NCBI GenBank assembly: GCA_016182235.1
Contig: JACOXT010000003.1
Span: 2,209 to 66,208 of the forward strand
Reading direction: 5' to 3'
DNA length: 64,000 nt
DNA from: Candidatus Levyibacteriota bacterium
GTDB lineage: Bacteria > Patescibacteriota > Microgenomatia > Levybacterales > UBA12049
This document shows, in pieces, positions 34,270 through 42,007 of this stretch. How positions within the stretch are numbered: the stretch's first letter is position 1; each line of letters begins with the position of its first letter. The notes beneath the pieces were generated by a model. That model had not been told where the DNA came from. It worked only from the letters and a program-made list of their open reading frames with translations, and ran no database searches. The translations under genes were made by a program, and so were the position numbers.

Positions 34270-34298
34270 TTGACATAGCTTTATATAAGTACTAATAT
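34270..34298 (+). promoter_or_regulatory. Sigma70-type promoter (TTGACA-N17-TAATAT) for sodN
   Basis: ttgaca at 34270-34275 and taatat at 34293-34298. The ATG at 34308 is only 9 nt downstream, and there is no SD. Confidence 0.5.
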
Positions 34299-34307
34299 AA
34301 ATTTGTA

Positions 34308-34832
34308 ATGAAAATCAACAGTCTTTTTTTAGATTTTCTGAAGTTTTTTCCGACTAAAGTTGCATATGCTCATTGTGATATTCCTTGTGGGATTTATGAT
34401 CCCCATATGGCTCAAATGGCATCGCATACTGTTATCAGAATGACGCAGATGTTAAATGATTTAACTGCAGAAAAAGATATTCCATTTGAAGAAAGAAAAA
34501 AAATTATCCATCAAATCGCAAGACTAACTAAAGTTAAAGAAGAGCATGCAGAGCTTGTTAAGCATGAAATAAGAGTTTTATGGGCAGATTATTTTAAGGA
34601 AGAACATCTTAAAAAGTATCCGGATCTTCATAGTCTTATATTTAAAATACTAAAACTTGCTTCCAAAGCTAGACAAGAAATCAATATGGATGCTGCAAAT
34701 GAACTTTTGGAGAATGTGCAAAAAATGGCAGAGATATTTTTTGAAACAAAAGGATTAAAATCAGTACGCGTTAAATCACCTTATCCCACAGGCGGGGAAA
34801 TTGTGTTACAGGACGTCAGACGTCCCCAGTAA
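34308..34832 (+). CDS. sodN: Nickel superoxide dismutase precursor
   Basis: A 21-aa leader is followed by HCDIPCGIYDP, the Ni-hook motif (His-Cys-x-x-Pro-Cys-Gly-x-Tyr). Confidence 0.85.
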   Translation: MKINSLFLDFLKFFPTKVAYAHCDIPCGIYDPHMAQMASHTVIRMTQMLNDLTAEKDIPFEERKKIIHQIARLTKVKEEHAELVKHEIRVLWADYFKEEHLKKYPDLHSLIFKILKLASKARQEINMDAANELLENVQKMAEIFFETKGLKSVRVKSPYPTGGEIVLQDVRRPQ

Positions 34833-34836
34833 ATAA

Positions 34837-35130
34837 ATGCTCCTTTCAATCTTTAAGATTTCCGGCCACAGTATGGAACCTGCGATTAGAGATGGTCAGA
34901 ATGTTTTTGTAAGTGGCATTTCTTACTTATTTTCTAAGCCAAAAGCTGGAGACATAGTAGCTTTTAGAAAGAATGAAAAAGTATTTGTAAAAAGAATTGC
35001 TAAAATTAATAATGATAATTATTTCGTAAGAGGAGATAATAGGGAAGACAGTCTGGATAGTAGGAAAATTGGGTGGATAAATAGAAAAGAAATTTTAGGG
35101 AAAGTAATTTTCAAAATTTCTAATTACTAA
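34837..35130 (+). CDS. sodX: NiSOD maturation protease (S26-like)
   Basis: 97 aa with SGHSMEPAI, VFVKRI and RGDNREDSLDSR. It lies immediately downstream of sodN. Confidence 0.7.
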   Translation: MLLSIFKISGHSMEPAIRDGQNVFVSGISYLFSKPKAGDIVAFRKNEKVFVKRIAKINNDNYFVRGDNREDSLDSRKIGWINRKEILGKVIFKISNY

Positions 35131-35204
35131 TTCCTAATTGACCTAACCAAATCCCAATTCCAAAATTCTTAGAAATTAGATCAATTAGGTTAATTAGGTC
35201 AATT
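35120..35204. repeat. Heptamer-periodic array with internal inverted repeat
   Basis: ctaatta ctaattc ctaattg ... ttagaaa ttagatc aattagg ttaatta. aattgacctaa (35136-35146) is the reverse complement of ttaggtcaatt (35194-35204). The array spans the sodX stop and reaches to 10 nt before the next ATG. Confidence 0.65.
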
Positions 35205-35213
35205 TATGTAGGT

Positions 35214-35738
35214 ATGTTTTTTTGGATTTTCAATATAGCAATACTTCTAATAATTATTATTTTATTTATACTCCTTTCTTGGTTCTGGCCTCCTGATAGT
35301 CCATGGGCGCCATGGTGGAGGACAAATAAGAAAACCGCAAGAGCAATATGCCTTTTGGCAAGGGTTGGAAAAAAAGATATTGTTTATGATTTGGGGTCAG
35401 GAGATGGAACTGCACTTATTGTTGCTAGTAAAGAATTTGGAGCTAAAGGTGTTGGAATAGAAATAGACCCATTAAGGTTTTTAATTTCAAAAGTCAGAAT
35501 TAAATTAAATGGCCTTGATAAGAACATAAGCATTGTTAAAAATAACTTTTATAATAAAAAAATTTCAGATGCGACAGTTGTTTTTGTTTATCTTGTCCCA
35601 AGAGTTCTTAGAAAACTAAAACCCAAATTCCTCAAAGAATTAAAAAAGGGGACGAGAATTGTGAGCTTAAGATATAAGATTGATTTGCCTTTAAGAAAAT
35701 ACGATAAAGAAAATCAGATTAGGATGTATGTGATTTAG
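35214..35738 (+). CDS. Class I SAM-dependent methyltransferase with N-terminal TM helix
   Basis: VYDLGSGDGTALIVA....GAKGVGIEIDP (motif I and post-I). Confidence 0.6.
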   Translation: MFFWIFNIAILLIIIILFILLSWFWPPDSPWAPWWRTNKKTARAICLLARVGKKDIVYDLGSGDGTALIVASKEFGAKGVGIEIDPLRFLISKVRIKLNGLDKNISIVKNNFYNKKISDATVVFVYLVPRVLRKLKPKFLKELKKGTRIVSLRYKIDLPLRKYDKENQIRMYVI

Positions 35739-35745
35739 TTTTGAT

Positions 35746-36579
35746 CTAGAGAGTTGTTATTGGTCTTGATTGTACTATCCAAACTTTAGACTTATCATCA
35801 ATTGCCCATTCTATGTCTTGAGGATTACCAAAATGTTTCTCTATCTTTATTGCCATTTTAGCTAATTCTACAACTTCATCATTGGATATCGCTTGCTTAT
35901 TTCTTTTACTCTCCGGTACAGGTATTTCTTTATTTTGCCCGTCTTTAAAAACCAGCATATTTTCCTGAGATTGAATATCACGACTTTTTATCCTAAAAGT
36001 CTTTTTATCAACGATAAAATTGTTAGGAGTTATAAATCCCTGCACTAACATCTCTCCCAAACCATAACCGGCTTCTAACATAATCTCATTCCTATCTTTA
36101 CTAATTGGATTAGCCGTAAACATTACTCCAGATGCGGCACTTTCTACCATTTTCTGCACAATTACAGCAACTATCATTTTATCTTCTGACAAGTCTTGTT
36201 GGGCGGCGTACGATAGCATCCTTTCTGATTTGATAGAATTCCAACATTTTCTGACATTTTCAATGAGATTGTCTTTAGTAACGTTTAGATAAGTTTCAAG
36301 CTGTCCTGCCCACGATGCAGATGATGAATCTTCCGCGACAGCAGATGAACGCACAGCCACTCTTTTCGCATCAAGCTCATCAAAAGCTTTAAGAATTTTT
36401 TCTTCAACATCAACTGGTAATTCTTGATTATAGAACTGTTGATAGGCATACGTGGTGATAACAAAGCCTGAAGGAACTGGAAATCCGGCATTTGACAATT
36501 CGCCAAGAGATGCTCCTTTACCGCCAACTGTTGTTATATCATTGATATTTATTTCATTAAAATTCTTGATGAATTTCAT
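35746..36579 (-). CDS. Stand-alone PPDK_N-type ATP-grasp (PEP/pyruvate-binding family nucleotide-binding) protein
   Basis: VGGKGASLGEL, VAVRSSAVAEDS, AVIVQKMV..AASGVMFT, EAGYGLGEMLVQG and PQDIEWAID....WIVQSRPITT are present. At 277 aa it carries no swivel or TIM-barrel domain. Confidence 0.8.
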   Translation of the reverse strand: MKFIKNFNEININDITTVGGKGASLGELSNAGFPVPSGFVITTYAYQQFYNQELPVDVEEKILKAFDELDAKRVAVRSSAVAEDSSSASWAGQLETYLNVTKDNLIENVRKCWNSIKSERMLSYAAQQDLSEDKMIVAVIVQKMVESAASGVMFTANPISKDRNEIMLEAGYGLGEMLVQGFITPNNFIVDKKTFRIKSRDIQSQENMLVFKDGQNKEIPVPESKRNKQAISNDEVVELAKMAIKIEKHFGNPQDIEWAIDDKSKVWIVQSRPITTL

Positions 36580-37643
36580 TCTTTTAATCTTTTAATTTCT
36601 CCACTTTTACCATTCATCTCTATAAAGTCATCGTCTTTTAAAACTTTTAAGGCATTGTTTATCCCCACAATGCATGGAATTTTGAGCTCCCTTGATACAA
36701 TGGCAGCATGAGAAAGTATTCCTCCACTTTCAGTTATTACTCCTGAGACTTTTCCTAGAATCACAGTCCATGAAGGATCTGTATGAGCACAGACTAAAAT
36801 ATCACCTTTTCTGATTTTTTTGATTGCATCTTTTACCCATGGGCAAATTTTGACTTTCCCTTTAGTTTTTCCAGGAGAAACACCTAAGCCTTTTAATTCT
36901 TGTGACTTTCTCTTTCTTGCCGGGAATGTAAAGTAATTTTTTGGAGTATCGGTATATTTTATATTCACAGTGAAAATATTTGGTATAGGCTGTTTGAATC
37001 TAAATATACCAGGATGTTTATAAAGAAGCTGTAAGACTGAATTGTGCATTAGCTCAGTAAAGTCTTTAAATCCAAATATTCTCTTAATTTCTTTTTGATA
37101 ACTTCTTTTTACAATGTGCTTATTTAACCAGACCACTTTTTTCATTTCGGTCATTATTTCATTTAATATCTCATAAAGATCGATTCCTTCATATTCCTTT
37201 GCGCAATTATATTTAACTTTCTCTAAGGTTTTAAGTTTTTCTTGAAGGACTGAACTTTCCAGATTGAATCCCGGAGGGGGACAATCAATAATTGATTCAT
37301 ATATAAAGTTTTCGCGATCAGTCGAGAAATAAGCATGAGTTAATGCAAAACCAAAAGCTATTTTTTCTTCATCATCTAAAGTCTTCCATTTGTCTTTGAA
37401 TAAAGATTCTATTTTTCTTAAATCACTTATTGCATTTCTAATTCCTTCCTTTCCCAATTTCTCATATTTTTTTGGATAGGATAAAAATGAATTTACAAAA
37501 TCTTCAACATTTATTGGTTTGAGGTTGAAATAGTAGCTGTAAAACATTTGCACATCTTCAAATTTTTCAGGCATCCCATAAAATGTTCTATACGGAATAG
37601 CCTTTAATGTAGGAAAATTGAAAGAAGTATTTATTGTTTTCAT
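36576..37643 (-). CDS. Unknown N-terminal domain + PEP-utilizer phosphohistidine swivel domain (paralogue C)
   Basis: C-terminal GVSPGKTKGKV...GDILVCAHTDPSW...ITESGGILSHAAIVSRELKIPCIVG. It overlaps the ATP-grasp gene by 4 bp. Confidence 0.7.
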   Translation of the reverse strand: MKTINTSFNFPTLKAIPYRTFYGMPEKFEDVQMFYSYYFNLKPINVEDFVNSFLSYPKKYEKLGKEGIRNAISDLRKIESLFKDKWKTLDDEEKIAFGFALTHAYFSTDRENFIYESIIDCPPPGFNLESSVLQEKLKTLEKVKYNCAKEYEGIDLYEILNEIMTEMKKVVWLNKHIVKRSYQKEIKRIFGFKDFTELMHNSVLQLLYKHPGIFRFKQPIPNIFTVNIKYTDTPKNYFTFPARKRKSQELKGLGVSPGKTKGKVKICPWVKDAIKKIRKGDILVCAHTDPSWTVILGKVSGVITESGGILSHAAIVSRELKIPCIVGINNALKVLKDDDFIEMNGKSGEIKRLKE

Positions 37644-37651
37644 GATTGGTA

Positions 37652-39049
37652 TTAATTTTCTTGATTTATAATCTTTACAATTCCTTTATTCGCATCTACT
37701 TCTACCAAATCGCCGTCTTTTAATACGTCTGTTGCGATATGCGTGCCGACCATGCAAGGAATTTTTAGTTCCCTTGATACTATTGCGGCGTGAGAGGTAA
37801 CTCCTCCATAGTTTGCAACAATCGCTACACAACGCCTGATTGCAGGCATTAAGTCAGGGCGTGTATTATTTGCAACAATAATATCTCCGTTTTTAACTTT
37901 ATCAATATCTTTAACGCCTTTTACGATTTTCGCTATGCCACGAACACAACCCAAAGACGCAGTCGTCCCTTTGAAACTTTTTACTGGTTTAGTTTTTTCA
38001 AGATTTAATATCTTCATTATCTTGTTAAAGTTTTTCTTTCCATAAAAAACGCCAATTTTTCCGTTTATTTGCGCCATAACTCTGAATTGTTTTCTCTGGC
38101 TCAAATCGGGATTACTAAGCTTGGCATTTTTTCTCACTAAAGACTCAAGTTCAGAAAAAGTGTACCAACCAAGTTCTTTAAAAAGAATTCTATGACTTTT
38201 GGATAATAGCTCTTGAAATAGGAAGTCAATTCTTTCATACAAATCTGATGCGTAATTATCAATATAGAGATGTTTGTTAATTAAGCTCAACAGAAGTAGG
38301 TTGTCTTTATTCAAAAAAGATTTAGTTTTTTTACTTATTTTGGGCAAGATATTTGAAAAGTTATTATATGGGGTTAATTCTTTCAGTTCTTCTTGGTAAT
38401 CATTTATTGAAGCTGGTTTGGTATCTATATCAGATGTTGTAAGGAAGCTATATTTTTCTTGATGTTTTTTTAACAATTTTATAATAGTTTTAGGTAGTAA
38501 ATCTGAAGTTATATCTTTAATTTTTCTAAGATCTTTTTCTTCTTTTTGATACGCTAATGGCTTATGCGGCACAAGATAATAGTTTTTAATTTCCTCAACT
38601 TGTTTTTTTGATAAATTTTTCTTACTTAAAATCTTATCAATTCTCTCTCCAAGGTATTTGCCTATGTCGGCCAAAAACACATACCACAATCCCATTAGAG
38701 TTTTTTTAATTAAAATAAAGCTTTTGAAATCAATCTGTGAAATATTTTCTATTCGCTTAAGAGTGGTTTCTGCCTGAAAAATATAACTTTCTGAATCCGA
38801 TATTAATTTCTGGAAAAATTCTGAACCTAAGTCAGCAGCTTTTATTTGGTCTTCGTCCCATTTTTTACAGACGTTAATCTCGTAGAACCACTGTGTATTA
38901 GTTGCTAGAGAGTCAAGCCCTTGAGTTATAAAAGACTTAGTGAGTGGATTGAAATGAAAACCTAAAAAGCATTGTTCTGTGCTATACCATTTCTCAAACC
39001 ATTCTTCACCTTTTTGCCATCTGTTTTTTTGTATTTCGGAGATTTCCAT
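37652..39049 (-). CDS. Unknown N-terminal domain + PEP-utilizer phosphohistidine swivel domain (paralogue B)
   Basis: C-terminal TASLGCVRGIAKIV...GDIIVANNTRPDL...VANYGGVTSHAAIVSRELKIPCMVG. Confidence 0.7.
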   Translation of the reverse strand: MEISEIQKNRWQKGEEWFEKWYSTEQCFLGFHFNPLTKSFITQGLDSLATNTQWFYEINVCKKWDEDQIKAADLGSEFFQKLISDSESYIFQAETTLKRIENISQIDFKSFILIKKTLMGLWYVFLADIGKYLGERIDKILSKKNLSKKQVEEIKNYYLVPHKPLAYQKEEKDLRKIKDITSDLLPKTIIKLLKKHQEKYSFLTTSDIDTKPASINDYQEELKELTPYNNFSNILPKISKKTKSFLNKDNLLLLSLINKHLYIDNYASDLYERIDFLFQELLSKSHRILFKELGWYTFSELESLVRKNAKLSNPDLSQRKQFRVMAQINGKIGVFYGKKNFNKIMKILNLEKTKPVKSFKGTTASLGCVRGIAKIVKGVKDIDKVKNGDIIVANNTRPDLMPAIRRCVAIVANYGGVTSHAAIVSRELKIPCMVGTHIATDVLKDGDLVEVDANKGIVKIINQEN

Positions 39050-39051
39050 TA

Positions 39052-40371
39052 CTAGCTTAAAATTTCAATAGTTCCTTTATCTGCATTTACTTCAACTAAG
39101 TTGCCAGTTTTTAAAACTTTTGTTGCGTTTTTGGTCCCAACTATACAAGGTATTCCTAGCTCTCTTGAAATAATCGCCGCATGGGAAGTAATCCCTCCAA
39201 GATTAGTAACAATTGCGCTGCATTTTCTAATGGCGCTCATAAAATCAGGAGAAGTCATAAAAGTCACTAGAATTTCACCAGCTTTTAATTTAGCATTTTC
39301 TCTTGCATTCAAAAGTACTCTTACTCTTCCTCTTACTCTTCCTTTTGACGCACAATTACCCTTAATAACTCGTGTTTTGTTTACTTTTGGTGCTAATATC
39401 TCACTCCATTTTTTTGCTTTGTTTCCAATTAAGATTAGAGGTGCTTTTGCTTTTGTTTTCCAAACAACAAGACATTCTCTCCTTCTTTTATTTATAAAAT
39501 CCTCAGTTGTATTACCTTTTAAAATATCTTCAATTTCTTGAGGAAAAGTATCTCTTATTGCATGAAGGCTAATATTTGATCTTTTTCCTATCTCTTTTAA
39601 TAGAATTTCTAAATAGTGTAGATAAACAAGGATATTTCTTTTTCTCTCGTCTTGATAAAGCGCAAAGTTCCTTAGAAGCTCTACAAGTCTTTGTCCTTCA
39701 TTGTTTAAATTTGAGTGTGGTTTCCTAGTAGATAATTTAGTTAATTTAATATGAGCCAATCTTTCCTTAACGTCTCTTTTTGATAAAACTTTAGTCTCAA
39801 AATAATTATTATCTAACCAATAATATTTTTTAATGAAATCCTCAATATTTTTTGTTTGTAGAAGATAATTTTCCGCTTCTTGGATATAAGAAAGTTTATT
39901 AGGGATAGTTAAACTGGCAATCTTTTCGCTACTTAAACTACCAATATTTTTTAATTCTATCTCAGCCTCCATAGCTAAAGGTTCTTGGATTGCCCCGATT
40001 CCATAATAGTTAACAAAAGTGTCATGAAGTTTAAAATATAAGTTTATTAGATCACTACTTTCTAAATCAGAAATAGGAGCTTTGTCTATTTTTTTCTCAA
40101 CTTTTCTTAAAATCTTTAATCTTTTAGAAGTTTCTTTTACCATTTGTTTTTCTTTTTGAGGGTCAGTATAAATTTTTAATAGTCTGGAGCCAAGTCCGTA
40201 AAATTCTTTCTCTTTTACACACCAAGTAACTACACCGTTTCTAAAAATTAAAATTGTAGTTGGGAATCCGAAACCAGAAAATCTTTCAAGAGGGCTCATC
40301 GAGCCTTCAAGAGTTGGAAATAGCAAATGGATTGTTGCCTCTCTTTCCCATCTAAACCATTCATCTTTCAT
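39052..40371 (-). CDS. Unknown N-terminal domain + PEP-utilizer phosphohistidine swivel domain (paralogue A)
   Basis: C-terminal CASKGRVRGRVRVL...GEILVTFMTSPDF...VTNLGGITSHAAIISRELGIPCIVG. Confidence 0.7.
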   Translation of the reverse strand: MKDEWFRWEREATIHLLFPTLEGSMSPLERFSGFGFPTTILIFRNGVVTWCVKEKEFYGLGSRLLKIYTDPQKEKQMVKETSKRLKILRKVEKKIDKAPISDLESSDLINLYFKLHDTFVNYYGIGAIQEPLAMEAEIELKNIGSLSSEKIASLTIPNKLSYIQEAENYLLQTKNIEDFIKKYYWLDNNYFETKVLSKRDVKERLAHIKLTKLSTRKPHSNLNNEGQRLVELLRNFALYQDERKRNILVYLHYLEILLKEIGKRSNISLHAIRDTFPQEIEDILKGNTTEDFINKRRRECLVVWKTKAKAPLILIGNKAKKWSEILAPKVNKTRVIKGNCASKGRVRGRVRVLLNARENAKLKAGEILVTFMTSPDFMSAIRKCSAIVTNLGGITSHAAIISRELGIPCIVGTKNATKVLKTGNLVEVNADKGTIEILS

Positions 40372-40391
40372 AGTCGAATTGTATGGTATTG

Positions 40392-41012
40392 TCAGATCCT
40401 AAAGATATCATTAGGACTTAAACCAAGTTCCTCTCTTACTTTCTTGATTCTATTAACATATTCCTTAAAAATATATTCGGGTTTATGAATTCTGTAAAAT
40501 CCTTCAGCGCCTTTGTACAAAGAGCAATCAAAAACATCTACATCCTTAACTAATTCTACATAGGGGTTGTTTGAATATATTTCTTTTTCGCTGTGATGGG
40601 CAACGGCATTGGTAATTATAGTTATTTCCTTATTGGAAAAACCGCCTATTTCTTCCAAGAGCTTTTTAGCAATCGGAGCACCAAGTTTTGCATGATCTTT
40701 ATATGTTCCATTAATAATTACATAAATGTCATGAAGTGTAGTAGCATTATCTGCAATTTCTGTATTTAATTTTCTTTTTTGTGCCAAGATTCTTGCAATT
40801 TGAGTGCAACCTGACGCATGTTTGAATTCAAACACAATTGAGTCTTCTCTTTGGCTATCCGGAATTTTTGAGGAAAGTATTAGCTCTATAACCTTTCTTT
40901 CTACCTTTTCGAATCGCGTAAGATTACTGCCTTTATAGTGATGGAAATCTTTTAATATTTGTTTTTGGATTTTCACAGCTTGATTATTACAAAAAGATAT
41001 AACCCGTGTCAA
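40392..41012 (-). CDS. HD-domain phosphohydrolase-like protein
   Basis: H(ASGCTQIA)...TTLHDIY gives the H...HD pattern, and there is a later AVAHH. 206 aa. Confidence 0.5.
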   Translation of the reverse strand: MTRVISFCNNQAVKIQKQILKDFHHYKGSNLTRFEKVERKVIELILSSKIPDSQREDSIVFEFKHASGCTQIARILAQKRKLNTEIADNATTLHDIYVIINGTYKDHAKLGAPIAKKLLEEIGGFSNKEITIITNAVAHHSEKEIYSNNPYVELVKDVDVFDCSLYKGAEGFYRIHKPEYIFKEYVNRIKKVREELGLSPNDIFRI

Positions 41013-41020
41013 AACATAAG

Positions 41021-42007
41021 TTATCTAATGGAGTTTTTCATCTTCAGTAAGAACCAGCGGAGCTTGTCGACTATTTTATAAATTTCGTAGAAAAAGGGAT
41101 CGATGACAAGATCATAACTTCCGACAAACTCAACGAGTTCTCCTCCGTAGCCTTGTTTAAATCTATGAAATCCATACCACGGATCTTTAGGATCGGGATT
41201 TGGGCCAAGTGCGCCCCACATATCTAATTTTTTAAGTCCTAATTTTTTTCCAAAACGAATTGTTTCCCACATCATTAGGTTTGACGCCATTGTTTCGCGG
41301 TGTTCAGTGCTAGATGCGCCATAAGGATAGTAAAGAGTATCTTTGTAGACGAATACTATCCAGGCGACTAGAGTTTTTCCTTGATAGTTTGCAAGTAATA
41401 AATGTGAGGATAGTTGATTTATGATTAATGATTTATGATTAATGATTTTATGGGGAAAGGAGCTCCAGTGCAGCCTATGGTAGTTTTCGGTGTGGGCATA
41501 AAAACCCTGTCTTTTGGTTGTTTCTTGAGTAAGTTTGAGATAAGTTTCAAAAGCCTCATCAGAATTATCTTCGACAACTATAACTTTATGTTTTTGGGCA
41601 ACTTTTATATTGTAACGAGTCTTGGGGTGCATGTTTTTGAGTAATTCATCTTCTGATTTTGTCAGATCGAGGACGAAAGTATACTTGGTGAATAATGGAT
41701 GAAAAGAATTGCGAATTGCGAATTGCGAATTAAGTTCATAGTTCTGAGTTCTTTGGACATTTGGTTCAAGCTGGATGAAAATACATTTTTCTATTTTTCC
41801 AATCTCTTTAAGCTTGGAGAGCATTTCTTTAGTTGGCAATGGCCCTTTTGGTATATACCCAATAGTAAAAGGAGTATGAGGAATTTTATGGATAGTTATT
41901 AGTAAGTCATTTTCTCTTATTACTTTAACGCCTGTTTTTTTGCGAAACTCACCCCATTCTACAGACTGGAGAGGATGCACGGAAAGGTTGTTTGTATTCA
42001 TAACCAT
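41021..42007 (-). CDS. FemAB-family peptidoglycan bridge-formation aminoacyltransferase
   Basis: HPLQSVEWGEFRKKTG and GFHRFKQGYGG are present. It contains two heptamer-repeat segments (41414-41448 and 41707-41755). Confidence 0.7.
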   Translation of the reverse strand: MVMNTNNLSVHPLQSVEWGEFRKKTGVKVIRENDLLITIHKIPHTPFTIGYIPKGPLPTKEMLSKLKEIGKIEKCIFIQLEPNVQRTQNYELNSQFAIRNSFHPLFTKYTFVLDLTKSEDELLKNMHPKTRYNIKVAQKHKVIVVEDNSDEAFETYLKLTQETTKRQGFYAHTENYHRLHWSSFPHKIINHKSLIINQLSSHLLLANYQGKTLVAWIVFVYKDTLYYPYGASSTEHRETMASNLMMWETIRFGKKLGLKKLDMWGALGPNPDPKDPWYGFHRFKQGYGGELVEFVGSYDLVIDPFFYEIYKIVDKLRWFLLKMKNSIR

